Positions 29,283 to 39,878 of a stretch of 64,000 nucleotides of DNA are shown piece by piece. Every line of letters starts with the position of its first letter. Position 1 is the first letter of the stretch. The notes below the pieces were generated by a model that saw only the letters and a list, made by a program, of their open reading frames with translations, was not told the DNA's origin and did not search any database. The stretch lies in NCBI GenBank assembly GCA_964642015.1, contig CAZXLF010000001.1, forward strand, positions 432,168 through 496,167. Reading direction: 5' to 3'. The DNA is from an uncultured Planctomycetia bacterium (GTDB lineage: Bacteria; Omnitrophota; Gorgyraeia; 2-02-FULL-51-18). The translations under genes and the position numbers were made by a program.

Positions 29283-31330
29283 CGCCGGACGCTAAAGAGA
29301 TCCGCAGGATCCTTGTTGTGACGCTTTCCAATCTTGGGGACGTGATCCTAACGTTGCCTGTGCTCCAAAGCCTCCATGCTAATTTTCCCAAAGCGGAATT
29401 GCATGTCGTGGTCAGCGCCTCAGCTGCGGAAGTTTTTCAAGGCGATGGACGGATCGCAAAAGTTATTCTGTACGATAAAAGATCCGACTGGCGCAAAAAG
29501 ATCGATTTCATCAAAGGAATCCGCCGAGAAAAGTATTCTTTGATCGTTGATCTCAGACGTTCATTGATAGGGTTATTGGGCGGATCAAGGTTCAGAAATT
29601 CTTATTTTAATTTTTCGCAGCGCACAATACACAGAACAAAGAAGCACTTAAGTGCACTTGACAATATTCTTGGAAGGAATACCGCTGATATCTCATTTCT
29701 TAAGGTCTCGTCACCGGAGACCCTCGCGAAGAACGCGTATATTAGAAACGATCAGAAACTTGTTGTAGCGTCCGTTGGCTCCAAAAGTGATGTCAAAAAA
29801 TGGCCCGCTGAATATTTTGCGGGACTGCTGGATCGATTAGCTGTGAATGATCATTGTCAGATCGTGTTGATCGGCGATAAGCACGACGTGCCGGATGCGC
29901 AAAAGGTGAGAAGTTTGATGCAAAGCTCGGTCATTGATCTTTGTGGGCGCACAAACTTTAAAGAATTATGCGGGGTTTTGAAGATGGCGTCGCTTGTGAT
30001 CACGAACGACAGTGCACCGCTTCATATTGCGGATTCCTTAAAAATACCTGTCTTAGCCATTTTTGGACCAACCGATCCCAGAAAGTATGGACCCCGTCAC
30101 GCTGGAAGCATGGCTGTCCGTAAAGATCTTTTTTGTTCGCCTTGCGAGAAGGCACAGTGCCGCTATGACCATGAATGCATGAAGGATTTGGGTATTGAGG
30201 AGGTTTACCAGAAGTGTTTGCAGATATTAAACGATGAATTTCAGCCGAAAAATCTAAAGATCCTGATGATCCGGTTGGACAGGATCGGTGACGTGGTCCT
30301 GTCGCTGCCGGCCGTTCAAGCGGTCCGCGACCGCTTTCCCAACGCGACTATTTCGATGATGGTGCGCCCCTATACGCGTGCGATCGTGGACGGTCATCCG
30401 GCGATTGACGAAGTGATCGAATACGATTATGAAAAAAATGGAAGACACGGAGGCTTGATCGGTAATATAAGGTTCTTGCGCGAGATCATCAAAAGGCATT
30501 TTGATATCGCGTTCATTTTGAATCCAAGCAACCGTTCTTACAATCTGCCCTTTTTAGCGGGCATCCCTTACAGAATAGGCTTTAGGTCAAGATTTCCTTT
30601 TCTTTTGACCCAGAGCATTTCTGACAGAAGGCATGAGGGGTCGAAGCAGGAATCCGAGTATACATTGGATATCGTAAAAGCTTTTGGTATCGATCAGCCG
30701 GCAACTCTTCCAAAATTAAATATAACTCCTTATGACAATCTTTTACTGTCTAAGCTCTTGGAAAGGCGCGGCTGCACATCGACAGCCGAGCTTATTGCTT
30801 TGCATCCAGGCGCCAGCTGTGCGTCAAAAAGATGGCCCGTGAAGTATTTTGCCGAACTGGGAAAAAAAATCCTTGATGAAACATCTTATCAAATCGTGGT
30901 GATCGGCGGACCTTATGAAAAATCGACAGGCGAAGTCTTAAAAAAAGAACTTGGCGAGCGATCGACTGATTTGACCGGAGCACTTGATCTAAAAATGCTC
31001 TCGACGCTTTTAAGTCGCTGCAGACTTTTAATTTCGAACGACTCGGGGCCCGTGCATATTGCCGCAGCCGTTGGCACCAAGACGCTGACGATTTTCGGAA
31101 GAAATCAAGCCGGCTTGAGCCCGGTCCGTTGGCGCGCGTTGGGTAAGGGGCATGCTGTGATCCAAAAAGATGTGGGTTGCGTCGTATGTCTTGCGCATCG
31201 TTGCGCGATAAACTTTGAATGTCTTCGGGCCATTGAACCTGAAGAAGTTTATAAGATTTTTAGTCAAATGATCTCGGGCAGTGACCGGAAGTTTTTGGAT
31301 TTGGAACAGACGGCCACGGCCGGGTTTTAG
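29279..31330 (+). CDS. Tandem two-domain GT9-GT9 heptosyltransferase-like protein
   Basis: First module: LSNLGDV...KKWP...TNDSAPLHIA...FGPT...CSPC. Second module from about 30251: RLDRIGDV...KRWP...SNDSGPVHIA...FG. Confidence 0.88.
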   Translation: MTPDAKEIRRILVVTLSNLGDVILTLPVLQSLHANFPKAELHVVVSASAAEVFQGDGRIAKVILYDKRSDWRKKIDFIKGIRREKYSLIVDLRRSLIGLLGGSRFRNSYFNFSQRTIHRTKKHLSALDNILGRNTADISFLKVSSPETLAKNAYIRNDQKLVVASVGSKSDVKKWPAEYFAGLLDRLAVNDHCQIVLIGDKHDVPDAQKVRSLMQSSVIDLCGRTNFKELCGVLKMASLVITNDSAPLHIADSLKIPVLAIFGPTDPRKYGPRHAGSMAVRKDLFCSPCEKAQCRYDHECMKDLGIEEVYQKCLQILNDEFQPKNLKILMIRLDRIGDVVLSLPAVQAVRDRFPNATISMMVRPYTRAIVDGHPAIDEVIEYDYEKNGRHGGLIGNIRFLREIIKRHFDIAFILNPSNRSYNLPFLAGIPYRIGFRSRFPFLLTQSISDRRHEGSKQESEYTLDIVKAFGIDQPATLPKLNITPYDNLLLSKLLERRGCTSTAELIALHPGASCASKRWPVKYFAELGKKILDETSYQIVVIGGPYEKSTGEVLKKELGERSTDLTGALDLKMLSTLLSRCRLLISNDSGPVHIAAAVGTKTLTIFGRNQAGLSPVRWRALGKGHAVIQKDVGCVVCLAHRCAINFECLRAIEPEEVYKIFSQMISGSDRKFLDLEQTATAGF

Positions 31331-31336
31331 ACAGAA

Positions 31337-32179
31337 ATGCCGAAGGACTCTCCGCTGTTTCGTCAAAGAATATTGCGGTTATTTTTGATCGTTTTTCTGT
31401 TGTCCACCGCAGGTTTTTTTCAAACCGCATCATCCTCGAAAAATTTTTCCTCCAAGAAAAAAGAGGCAGCCGAGCCGAGCAGCCTCGGAGCGCCTCTAAA
31501 AACTTTCGAAGTGGGCGAAGCGCTTGTATTCGACGTGTCTTGGATGGGCATACCGGTAGGTTCCGGCACTCTCCAAGTGAAAGAAAAGGTAAAAATTCAT
31601 GGACGCGAGGCTTTTCATGTCGTGGCGATCGCACAGACCAACGATTTTTTGACGAAGATCTACCCGATCTATGATGAGATCCACAGTTTTATAGACACGC
31701 AGGAGTTTTATTCGCTGGAATTCCGAAAAAATCTGAAAGAAGGGCGTTACCGGGCGGATGAAGTGGTTGTTTATGATCACGAGAATAAAATAGCTCATTA
31801 CGAATCTTTTCGCAGCCACGATAAGAAAGAGATCCAAATTCCCCCAAAAGTCCACGATCTGATCAGTGCCTTTTTTTGGTTTAGACTCCAACCCTGGGAA
31901 GTTGGTAAAAGTCTCCATACGGTCGTGAATAGCGAAGAGCAGAACTGGGATCTTGAAGTAGATGTTTTAAAGCAGGAGACAAAGAATCTCAGAGGCGGTC
32001 GGGTAATAGAAACCGTGCTGGTCGAGCCCAAAACGCGCTTAAAAGGCGTCTTTTACGATCGCGGGAGGGCATGGGTCAACTTCACAATCGATTCAAAGAG
32101 GGCCCCGATTTGGATCAAGCTTCAGACTCCATTCGGGCCGATGATCGGCGCGTTGCGTGCGAAAGGCTTAAGCGATTGA
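31337..32179 (+). CDS. DUF3108-like exported protein
   Basis: Signal-like N-terminus; GEALVFDVSWMGIPVG, D..SAFFWFR, C-terminal beta-rich segment ending P...G. Confidence 0.7.
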   Translation: MPKDSPLFRQRILRLFLIVFLLSTAGFFQTASSSKNFSSKKKEAAEPSSLGAPLKTFEVGEALVFDVSWMGIPVGSGTLQVKEKVKIHGREAFHVVAIAQTNDFLTKIYPIYDEIHSFIDTQEFYSLEFRKNLKEGRYRADEVVVYDHENKIAHYESFRSHDKKEIQIPPKVHDLISAFFWFRLQPWEVGKSLHTVVNSEEQNWDLEVDVLKQETKNLRGGRVIETVLVEPKTRLKGVFYDRGRAWVNFTIDSKRAPIWIKLQTPFGPMIGALRAKGLSD

Positions 32180-32205
32180 CACTCGTTGCGAAGGGGTGTT
32201 AAAAT
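32176..32205 (+). promoter_or_regulatory. Putative sigma70 promoter for the heptose kinase-kdsB-pyrG-kds-lpt genes
   Basis: TTGACA (32176-32181), 18-nt spacer, TAAAAT (32200-32205), with a TG extension at 32197-32198. Confidence 0.7.
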
Positions 32206-32231
32206 GCGAAGTCTTTCATAAAATTATGATC

Positions 32232-33230
32232 ATGAAATCCTTAAAATTTTCTCGTCTGAAGAGCGTTATCTCCAGCTTTAATCAAGCCAAAGTCCTTGTT
32301 GTCGGGGATCTGATCCTTGATGAGTTTATTTGGGGTAAAGTGACCCGGATTTCCCCCGAAGCGCCGGTACCGGTAGTGTGGGTAGACTCAGAAAATTATA
32401 TGCCTGGAGGAGCCAGTAATGTCGCGAGCAACATTCGTTCTTTGGGCGGTGAGGTGTTTTTGGCGGGAGTAGTCGGTGAGGACGATCGGGCGGAGCTCTT
32501 AAGAGGGGCGCTAAGAAAAAAAGGCGTTAATTGTGAAGGCGTATTCACTGACAAACAGCGACCCACGACCCAGAAAACCAGGGTTATCGCCCATCATCAG
32601 CAGGTCGTGCGCATCGACCGCGAAGTGGTGCGCCCGATCTCAGATCAGGTCTTGAACGATATTATCGATTATATCGGCGAGCGCATCAAAACAGTGGATG
32701 CGCTTATCATTGAGGATTACGGTAAAGGGGTGATCGTGCCGAGATTGGTGAGAGAGGCCGTACGGATCGCGAAAAAATTTGGTAAAATAATCACCGTGGA
32801 TCCCAAGGAAACACACTTTTCCTATTATCGGGGCGTGACCACGATCACTCCGAATCATCATGAAGCGGGTTCGGCTGTGGGTTTTCAGATCAGGGATGAC
32901 GCTTCGCTTGAAAAAGCGGGCCGCAAGCTTCTTGAAAAGTTAAAGTGTGAGACAGTGTTGATTACGCTCGGCGAGAATGGAATGAGTTTGTTCCAAAAAG
33001 GCAAAGCCACGATAAAAATACCGACGGTCGCGCAGGATGTTTTTGATGTTTCCGGTGCGGGCGATACGGTGATCAGCACTTACACGACCGCGCGCGCGAG
33101 AAAAGCGACAGCAGTTGAAGCTGCGCATATTTCAAATTGCGCAGCAGGTATCGTTGTCGGAAAAGTAGGTGTTGCGGTGACGACGGCGGAAGAACTTCTG
33201 GGCCGGATCAAAAAAGAGATAGGAAAATAG
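32232..33230 (+). CDS. rfaE1: D-glycero-beta-D-manno-heptose-7-phosphate kinase (stand-alone HldE kinase domain); start at ATG 32226 or 32232
   Basis: VVGDLILDEF, RISPEAPVPV, PGGASNVA, DYGKG, TPNHHE, DVSGAGDT. The ORF-track start at 32196 overlaps the promoter. Confidence 0.92.
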   Translation: MKSLKFSRLKSVISSFNQAKVLVVGDLILDEFIWGKVTRISPEAPVPVVWVDSENYMPGGASNVASNIRSLGGEVFLAGVVGEDDRAELLRGALRKKGVNCEGVFTDKQRPTTQKTRVIAHHQQVVRIDREVVRPISDQVLNDIIDYIGERIKTVDALIIEDYGKGVIVPRLVREAVRIAKKFGKIITVDPKETHFSYYRGVTTITPNHHEAGSAVGFQIRDDASLEKAGRKLLEKLKCETVLITLGENGMSLFQKGKATIKIPTVAQDVFDVSGAGDTVISTYTTARARKATAVEAAHISNCAAGIVVGKVGVAVTTAEELLGRIKKEIGK

Positions 33231-33968
33231 ATGGACGCGATAGGGATCATCCCTGCCAGATACGGATCTACCCGTTTTGAAGGAAAGGTACTGAAAGACC
33301 TTTGTGGAAAACCGGTCATTCAGCATGTCTATGAGCGCGCCAAAAAAGCAAAGACACTGGATGATCTTATCATTGCGGCCGATGATGACAGGATCATTAA
33401 GGTCGTCGAGGGTTTTGGCGGGAAAGTGGTGTTTACCTCTAAATCTCATTCGACCGGCACGGACCGCTTGACCGAGGTCGTCAATGAGATCGATGTGCGC
33501 ATCGTTGTGAACATCCAGGGCGATGAACCTCTGATCAATCCTTTGGTGATCGATGATCTTGTGAGAACCATGCAAGATGATTCAGAGATCGTCATGGCGA
33601 CCGTCGTGAAGAAAAGTCATTCGGAGGAAGAATTTAGAAGCCCGGATGTTGTGAAGGCGATCGTCAGCGATCAGAATTACGCGCTTTATTTTTCTCGTTC
33701 GCCGATTCCCATTTTTTTGAAACCAGGGCCCGAAAATTATTTCTATAAACACATCGGGATTTATGCTTACAACAAGGATTTTTTATTCACGTTCAAAAAA
33801 TTGCCCGTTTCTTATCTTGAGGCAAATGAAAGATTGGAACAACTTCGTGCGCTAGAAAATGGTTACCGTATCAAGGCCATCGAAACAAAATTTGAGACGG
33901 TCGGCGTCGATACTCCACAGGACCTTGAGCTGGCAAAAGAAATTTTAGAGAAAGAGCAAAATGGCTAG
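33231..33968 (+). CDS. kdsB: CMP-Kdo synthetase
   Basis: [46 protein letters not shown]. Confidence 0.96.
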   Translation: MDAIGIIPARYGSTRFEGKVLKDLCGKPVIQHVYERAKKAKTLDDLIIAADDDRIIKVVEGFGGKVVFTSKSHSTGTDRLTEVVNEIDVRIVVNIQGDEPLINPLVIDDLVRTMQDDSEIVMATVVKKSHSEEEFRSPDVVKAIVSDQNYALYFSRSPIPIFLKPGPENYFYKHIGIYAYNKDFLFTFKKLPVSYLEANERLEQLRALENGYRIKAIETKFETVGVDTPQDLELAKEILEKEQNG

Positions 33969-35574
33969 ATATATTTTTATTACAGGAGGAGTGGTTTCAA
34001 GTTTAGGCAAAGGGATCGTATCGGCATCGATCGGGAAATTGCTTGAATCCAAAGGGCTCAAAGTGATCATGATGAAGTGCGATCCTTATCTGAATGTGGA
34101 TCCGGGGACGATGAGCCCATATCAGCACGGCGAGGTTTATGTGACCGAAGACGGAGCTGAGACAGATCTTGATCTGGGGCACTATGAGCGTTTCACAAAT
34201 GCAGAACCCAGTAAGCTCAACAATGTTACAACCGGAAAGATCTATTACTCCGTTATCACCAAAGAACGTCACGGCGATTATTTAGGTGCCACGGTCCAAG
34301 TTGTTCCGCACATAACAGATGAAATTAAAGCTGCCATTAAGAACGCTTCTCATAATAAAACAGCGGACGTTGTGATCTGCGAGATCGGCGGGACAGTGGG
34401 TGATATTGAAAGTCTGCCGTTCTTGGAAGCGATCAGACAATTCAGACAGGATATCGGCCGGGATCATGCGATCAATATCCATTTGACTCTGATTCCTTAT
34501 ATCCGCGTGGCGGATGAGATCAAAACCAAGCCTACGCAGCACAGCGTCGGCAAAATGCGTGAGATCGGTATCCAGCCGGATATTTTGATGTGCCGTACCG
34601 AAAAACGTCTTTCAAAAGATGTGCGCGAGAAGATCGCTCTTTTCTGCAATGTGGAACCTGATCAAGTGATCCAGGCGCTTGACGTGAGCGAAATATACGA
34701 AGTTCCTTTGGCTCTAAAAGAAGAAGGTCTTGATGCGATCATCATCCGGTTATTGAAGTTAAATTGTGATGACGGCGATGAAAAACTGAAGGCATGGAAG
34801 ACCAATGTTGTCGATAAAGTTTTAAGTCCGTCGAGGCACGTCGTCATCGGTTTTGTCGGAAAATATATCGAGCTTCAGGATGCTTATAAATCCGTTTATG
34901 AGGCGCTGAAACACGGCGGGATCGCCAATGATGCAAAGGTCGAGATACGGAAAGTCGATGCCGAAGATCTGATCGTACACGGGTCCGAGAAATATTTGAA
35001 AGAAGTCAACGGCATTTTGGTTCCCGGCGGATTCGGCGATCGCGGGATCGAAGGAAAGATCAAAGCTATCAAGTACGCAAGAGAAAACAAGATCCCATTT
35101 TTTGGTATTTGTCTTGGCATGCAATGCGCGGTGATCGAGTTCTCGAGAAATGTCTGCGGAATGGGCCGCGCGAATTCCACCGAGTTCAATAAGACCACGC
35201 CCTTTCCGGTGATCAGTCTTCTCGAGGAGCAAAAACGCGTGAATGACTTGGGCGGCACGATGCGTCTCGGCTCTTATCCCTGCACGATCAAGAAAGGCAC
35301 AAAGACGCATAAAGCTTATGGAAAAGATTCTATACATGAACGTCATCGTCATCGCTATGAGTTCAATAACAAATATAAAGTAAAGATGGAAACCAGCGGA
35401 TTAATTGTCTCCGGCACAAGCCCTAATGGAAGGCTAGTGGAGATTATTGAACTAGTAGATCATCCCTGGTTCATCGGCTGCCAATTTCATCCGGAATTCA
35501 AATCCAAACCCGATCAAGCTCACCCATTGTTCCGCGAATTCGTGAGGGCATCGCTCGCTCACAAGGTGGATTAG
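33961..35574 (+). CDS. pyrG: CTP synthase
   Basis: [55 protein letters not shown]. Confidence 0.98.
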   Translation: MARYIFITGGVVSSLGKGIVSASIGKLLESKGLKVIMMKCDPYLNVDPGTMSPYQHGEVYVTEDGAETDLDLGHYERFTNAEPSKLNNVTTGKIYYSVITKERHGDYLGATVQVVPHITDEIKAAIKNASHNKTADVVICEIGGTVGDIESLPFLEAIRQFRQDIGRDHAINIHLTLIPYIRVADEIKTKPTQHSVGKMREIGIQPDILMCRTEKRLSKDVREKIALFCNVEPDQVIQALDVSEIYEVPLALKEEGLDAIIIRLLKLNCDDGDEKLKAWKTNVVDKVLSPSRHVVIGFVGKYIELQDAYKSVYEALKHGGIANDAKVEIRKVDAEDLIVHGSEKYLKEVNGILVPGGFGDRGIEGKIKAIKYARENKIPFFGICLGMQCAVIEFSRNVCGMGRANSTEFNKTTPFPVISLLEEQKRVNDLGGTMRLGSYPCTIKKGTKTHKAYGKDSIHERHRHRYEFNNKYKVKMETSGLIVSGTSPNGRLVEIIELVDHPWFIGCQFHPEFKSKPDQAHPLFREFVRASLAHKVD

Positions 35575-35576
35575 TT

Positions 35577-36422
35577 GTGAAAACCGCCGAAATGAAATCT
35601 CGCAGCGTGCAAATAGGAAAAATAACAGTTGGTCTCGGTAAGCCGTTGGTCCTTATTGCCGGACCCTGTGTCATTGAGAATGAGAAAAGCGCGCTTCGCC
35701 ATGCTTTTGCGATCAAAAAGATCGCCGATCGTTTGAAAATCCCGTATATTTACAAATCGAGTTATGACAAAGCCAATCGGAGCTCATCTGATTCCTTCCG
35801 CGGTTTGGGAATGAGGGAAGGTTTACAAATTTTGAATAAGATAAAACAAGAAACAGGGCTCCCGATCCTGACCGATATTCACGGCGTTGAGGATGCCTAT
35901 AAAGCTTCTGCAGTAGCGGACATACTGCAGATCCCGGCTTTTCTTTGCCGTCAAACGGACCTCGTCGTTGCAGCCGCGAAGACCGGTAGAGTTGTGAATG
36001 TGAAAAAAGGACAATTTTTGGCTCCGTGGGACATGAAGAACATCGTTCATAAAATAGAGAAAGCAGGAAGTCACAAGATCCTTTTAACCGAGCGCGGGAC
36101 ATCGTTCGGATACAACACGCTTGTCAGTGATTTTCGCGCCATTCCCATCATGAAAGAACTGGGTTATCCGGTCATTTTTGACGCGACGCATTCGGTGCAG
36201 CAGCCCGGAGGGCGCGGAACAAGCTCCGGCGGAGAAAGGCGTTTTGTGCCGATTTTAGCCCAGGCGGCCGTTGCGGTGGGTGTGGATGGAGTATTCATGG
36301 AAGTGCATGAGGATCCCGATCACGCGCCAAGCGATGGCCCCAACATGGTCCCTTTAAAGGATCTCGAAGCGCTTTTAGAACGTCTTCTTAAATTGAATCG
36401 GGCGGTGAAAAATGCCGATTAA
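35577..36422 (+). CDS. kdsA: Kdo-8-phosphate synthase
   Basis: [45 protein letters not shown]. Confidence 0.97.
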   Translation: MKTAEMKSRSVQIGKITVGLGKPLVLIAGPCVIENEKSALRHAFAIKKIADRLKIPYIYKSSYDKANRSSSDSFRGLGMREGLQILNKIKQETGLPILTDIHGVEDAYKASAVADILQIPAFLCRQTDLVVAAAKTGRVVNVKKGQFLAPWDMKNIVHKIEKAGSHKILLTERGTSFGYNTLVSDFRAIPIMKELGYPVIFDATHSVQQPGGRGTSSGGERRFVPILAQAAVAVGVDGVFMEVHEDPDHAPSDGPNMVPLKDLEALLERLLKLNRAVKNAD

Positions 36423-37371
36423 GATAGCAAGAAAGATCATCAAGGTAGAGCGTGACGCGTTATCGGAGTTGATCTTAAAGATCGACCGGAATTTCGAGAA
36501 GGCCTGCGAACTTATTTTAAAATCCAAAGGCCGCGTGGTTGTGACCGGAATGGGTAAGCCGGGATTTATCGCTCAGAAGATCTCGGCAACGTTATCTTCG
36601 ACCGGAACACCCTCTCTTTTTCTCCATCCGGCGGAGGCGCTTCATGGCGACCTTGGCCGCGTTGTAAAAGAGGATGTGGTCATCGCTTTTTCCAACAGCG
36701 GTCAAACTGAAGAGATATTGAAATTTTTGCCGGTCGTTAAGAAGATCGGCGCCAAACTGATCGCCGTGACAGGTAATACCAAGTCACTTTTGGCGCGGTT
36801 CAGCGATATTACGCTGGATGTGAGCGTTAAAAAAGAAGCGTGCCCGCTTAATTTAGCTCCAACGGCTTCGACGACCGCGATGCTGGCTCTGGGAGATGCG
36901 CTGGCTTTGACTTTATCGGAGAAAAAAGGCTTCAAACAGGAGGATTTTGCTTTTTATCACCCTGGCGGGAATATCGGAAAAAAACTTTTATTGAAAGTTT
37001 CCGATATTATGCGCACCGGCAAGGACCATCCGGTAGTAAAGGAAACTATGAAGGTGAAAGAAGTTCTTTACAGGATCACTAAAGCCAGAGCCGGATCCGC
37101 TTCGGTGATCGATAAAAAAGGACGCTTGGTCGGGATTTTTACTGACGGAGATCTGAGAAGAAATCTTAAATCCGGTGAGCGTATTCTTGAAAGTCCTTTA
37201 AAAAATGTGATGACAAAAAATCCTATCACAGTCTCGGCGGATAAACTCGCTGTTGAGGCTTCAAGCGTTCTGCGAGGAAAAAAGATCGATGAATTGCCGG
37301 TTGTTGACCGGCATTACCGGCCGGTGGGTCTTTTGGATGTTCAGGATCTGCTTAAAGCAGGTATCGTTTAG
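36412..37371 (+). CDS. kdsD: Arabinose-5-phosphate isomerase (KpsF/GutQ; SIS plus CBS domains)
   Basis: [39 protein letters not shown]. Confidence 0.94.
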   Translation: MPIKIARKIIKVERDALSELILKIDRNFEKACELILKSKGRVVVTGMGKPGFIAQKISATLSSTGTPSLFLHPAEALHGDLGRVVKEDVVIAFSNSGQTEEILKFLPVVKKIGAKLIAVTGNTKSLLARFSDITLDVSVKKEACPLNLAPTASTTAMLALGDALALTLSEKKGFKQEDFAFYHPGGNIGKKLLLKVSDIMRTGKDHPVVKETMKVKEVLYRITKARAGSASVIDKKGRLVGIFTDGDLRRNLKSGERILESPLKNVMTKNPITVSADKLAVEASSVLRGKKIDELPVVDRHYRPVGLLDVQDLLKAGIV

Positions 37372-37382
37372 ATAAGGTTTTG

Positions 37383-37913
37383 ATGATGTCGGATGATCTT
37401 AAAGAACGGATTTTGAAGGTCAAACTTCTGATGTTGGACGTTGACGGTGTCTTGACCGACGGGCGGATCATTTACGGTGATTATGGAGATGAACTCAAAT
37501 TTTTTAATGTTCAGGACGGCTTCGGTCTTGTGATGTTGCGCCGTGCGGGCATTCCGATCGTGGCGATCACTTCGAAAAAATCCCGCGTGAACCAACGCCG
37601 CGCCAAGGAACTTAAGATCTCCAAGCTCTATCAGAACGTGCGCGACAAACGGAAACTTTTTGAGAAGATCGTGAAAAAAATGAAATTGAAGCATGAGGAA
37701 GTTTGTTTTATAGGGGACGACCTGATGGATATTCCGGTTCTTTCCAGGGTCGGTTTTGCCGTGGCTGTGCATAATGCCGTGGAAGACGTGAAAGAATCGG
37801 TGCATTATATTACGCTGAAAAGCGGGGGACACGGTGCGGTGCGTGAAGTGACGGACCTTATCATGAAGACCCAGCATAAATGGCATGACGCAACAGAAAG
37901 GTATTTTCAATAA
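37383..37913 (+). CDS. kdsC: Kdo-8-phosphate phosphatase (HAD family)
   Basis: LDVDGVLTDG, FNVQDG, GDDLMD, GGHGAVRE. Confidence 0.94.
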   Translation: MMSDDLKERILKVKLLMLDVDGVLTDGRIIYGDYGDELKFFNVQDGFGLVMLRRAGIPIVAITSKKSRVNQRRAKELKISKLYQNVRDKRKLFEKIVKKMKLKHEEVCFIGDDLMDIPVLSRVGFAVAVHNAVEDVKESVHYITLKSGGHGAVREVTDLIMKTQHKWHDATERYFQ

Positions 37914-38711
37914 ATGGCCGGAGGATTTCAGCGTAACCGTTTCATTAATTTTTTTCTTGTCGGCTGTTTGGCCGCCGCGGCCTTATCGATCTTTCTTTTG
38001 ACACATGAAAGAAAGCTTAAGGAAGAAGCGGCCGAGGCACGTAAAAAAAGAGAGCCCACTGCGGCGAGCGTCGATCAAAGTTTGCAAAAATTCAGTCTTA
38101 CCGGTTTTGACGACAAGGGAAAGAAATTTTGGAATCTGGAAGGCGATAAGGCCCGCATTGATCCGGGACAGGTCGTATTTTTGGACCAAAATGTAACGCT
38201 CAAACTGCAGGACACGACTGTGATCAAGACGGATCACGTGCAGTGGTCACAGGACGGCGGTGTTTTAAGGACCCCCTCACAGGTTTTTGTGACCCATCAG
38301 AACGCCGATGTGAAAGGCCGTGGCGCTGTGGGCAGATTGAATGATAGCTTTATACAGCTGAACCGCGATATTCAAATGCTGATCAACAAATCAACGCTTT
38401 TGACCTGCACGGGCCCGCTTAAGATCTATTACAAGCAAAATAAGATGATATTTTATCGTAAGGTGAAAGTGGTCGATGACAGAGGAGTTTTGAAAGCCAA
38501 CCGCATGGACGTGATCTTCGATCCTGATCAGAAAAAAGTAACGCAGATCATTGCGATCGGGAATGTCACGATCGAACGAGGCACCGATACTACGCATTCT
38601 CAACGCGCGATCTATTCTTTGGCCACCGGTTCTGTGCGCTTGGAAGGCAATCCGGAGATCACGCTGCATAAAGAAAGCTCTAAACTGCTAGATGCCCCTC
38701 TTAGAAACTAA
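37914..38711 (+). CDS. LPS export protein, probable LptC-LptA-like fusion
   Basis: N-terminal TM helix, LptC-like [21 protein letters not shown], then LptA-like LKANRM...AIGNVTI...AIY...VRLEGNP. It is the only gene between kdsC and lptB. Confidence 0.72.
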   Translation: MAGGFQRNRFINFFLVGCLAAAALSIFLLTHERKLKEEAAEARKKREPTAASVDQSLQKFSLTGFDDKGKKFWNLEGDKARIDPGQVVFLDQNVTLKLQDTTVIKTDHVQWSQDGGVLRTPSQVFVTHQNADVKGRGAVGRLNDSFIQLNRDIQMLINKSTLLTCTGPLKIYYKQNKMIFYRKVKVVDDRGVLKANRMDVIFDPDQKKVTQIIAIGNVTIERGTDTTHSQRAIYSLATGSVRLEGNPEITLHKESSKLLDAPLRN

Positions 38712-39414
38712 ATTATTAAGGAAGTCTTACAATGGCCGCGCGGTCGTGAATGGCGTCGATATTTTCATCAATCCCGGCGAGATCGTAGGGCTTCTGGGGC
38801 CCAATGGCGCAGGAAAAACGACCACTTTTTATATGGTCACAGGCATTGTCAAAGCTGACAGCGGAAGCATTATGTTTGATCACCGCGATGTAAGCAAATA
38901 TCCGATCCATAAAAGGGCCCAGTTGGGAATAGGATACCTTTCTCAGGAACCGTCTATCTTCAGAAAATTGACCGTCGAGGAAAATATTTTAGCGATCCTT
39001 GAAACACTGGACCTTCCCAGGCGCGAGCGTGCTAAACGGCTCGAGCAACTTTTGAATGAATTAGGCATCGCGCATCTGAGAAAATCAAAAGCGCTTACGC
39101 TTTCAGGCGGAGAGCGCCGTCGCCTGGAGATCACGCGCGCTTTAGTGACTCATCCTTTGTGCATTTTGTTGGATGAGCCGTTTTCGGGGATCGATCCGAT
39201 CGCCGTCTCCGATTGCCAAAACCTTATCCGCGAACTGAAAAACAAAGGTCTTGGGATCCTTTTGACGGATCACAATGTCAGAGAAACTCTGGCAATTACG
39301 GACCGCGCCTATATTATGTCGGAAGGCAAGATATTGATCTCAGGCACGAAAGACGACCTTTTAACGAACAAGGAGGCAAGGCGTATTTACCTAGGCGAAA
39401 AGTTTACGATGTAG
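38692..39414 (+). CDS. lptB: LPS export ABC transporter ATPase
   Basis: [59 protein letters not shown]. Confidence 0.97.
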   Translation: MPLLETKLLRKSYNGRAVVNGVDIFINPGEIVGLLGPNGAGKTTTFYMVTGIVKADSGSIMFDHRDVSKYPIHKRAQLGIGYLSQEPSIFRKLTVEENILAILETLDLPRRERAKRLEQLLNELGIAHLRKSKALTLSGGERRRLEITRALVTHPLCILLDEPFSGIDPIAVSDCQNLIRELKNKGLGILLTDHNVRETLAITDRAYIMSEGKILISGTKDDLLTNKEARRIYLGEKFTM

Positions 39415-39443
39415 CTGAAATGTGGTAACATGACACGTTTATT

Positions 39444-39491
39444 GTAGGGGCGCTTGGCCGATCCGGCCTGTCGGAAGGCAGGCGCCCCTGC
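39444..39491. repeat. GTAG-type REP-like palindrome
   Basis: GTAGGGGCGCTTG ... CAGGCGCCCCTGC forms a 13-bp stem with two G-U pairs, enclosing an inner CCGA...TCGG hairpin. Confidence 0.6.
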
Positions 39492-39521
39492 GTATGATTA
39501 ATTGAACGTATTTTTCAGGAG

Positions 39522-39863
39522 ATGGGGATGGAAATAGATATCAGCGGGCGTCATTTTCATGTAACAGAGGCGTTAAAAGATTATATTACGGCGAAGATCG
39601 GCAAACTTGATAAGTATTCGCTAAAGATCGAGACTGTCCATGTCGTGCTTGAGGTCCAAAAATTTCATCATATTGCTGAAATCACTATTGCCGGAAAGAA
39701 TCTAAGATTAACGGCCAAAGAGGAAAGTTCGGACATGTATGCTGCCTTTGACAATAGTCTGGGCAATATCCAGCTTCAGTTGGGCCGTCAGCACGACCGC
39801 GTGAAAGATCATAAAGGAAGACGCTACAAAAAAGTCGCCCGGGTCTCTGAAAGCGAAGAATAA
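39522..39863 (+). CDS. hpf: Ribosome hibernation promoting factor (HPF/RaiA)
   Basis: ISGRHFHVTEALKDY, KLDKY, DMYAAFD; AGGAG upstream. Confidence 0.92.
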   Translation: MGMEIDISGRHFHVTEALKDYITAKIGKLDKYSLKIETVHVVLEVQKFHHIAEITIAGKNLRLTAKEESSDMYAAFDNSLGNIQLQLGRQHDRVKDHKGRRYKKVARVSESEE

Positions 39864-39878
39864 AAGGTTTGATCGGAA

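Noticed and set aside
39213-39428. Alternative-frame 71-aa ORF overlapping the lptB 3' end as a possible rpoN remnant
   Set aside because: It lies almost wholly within lptB and shows no RpoN-like sequence.
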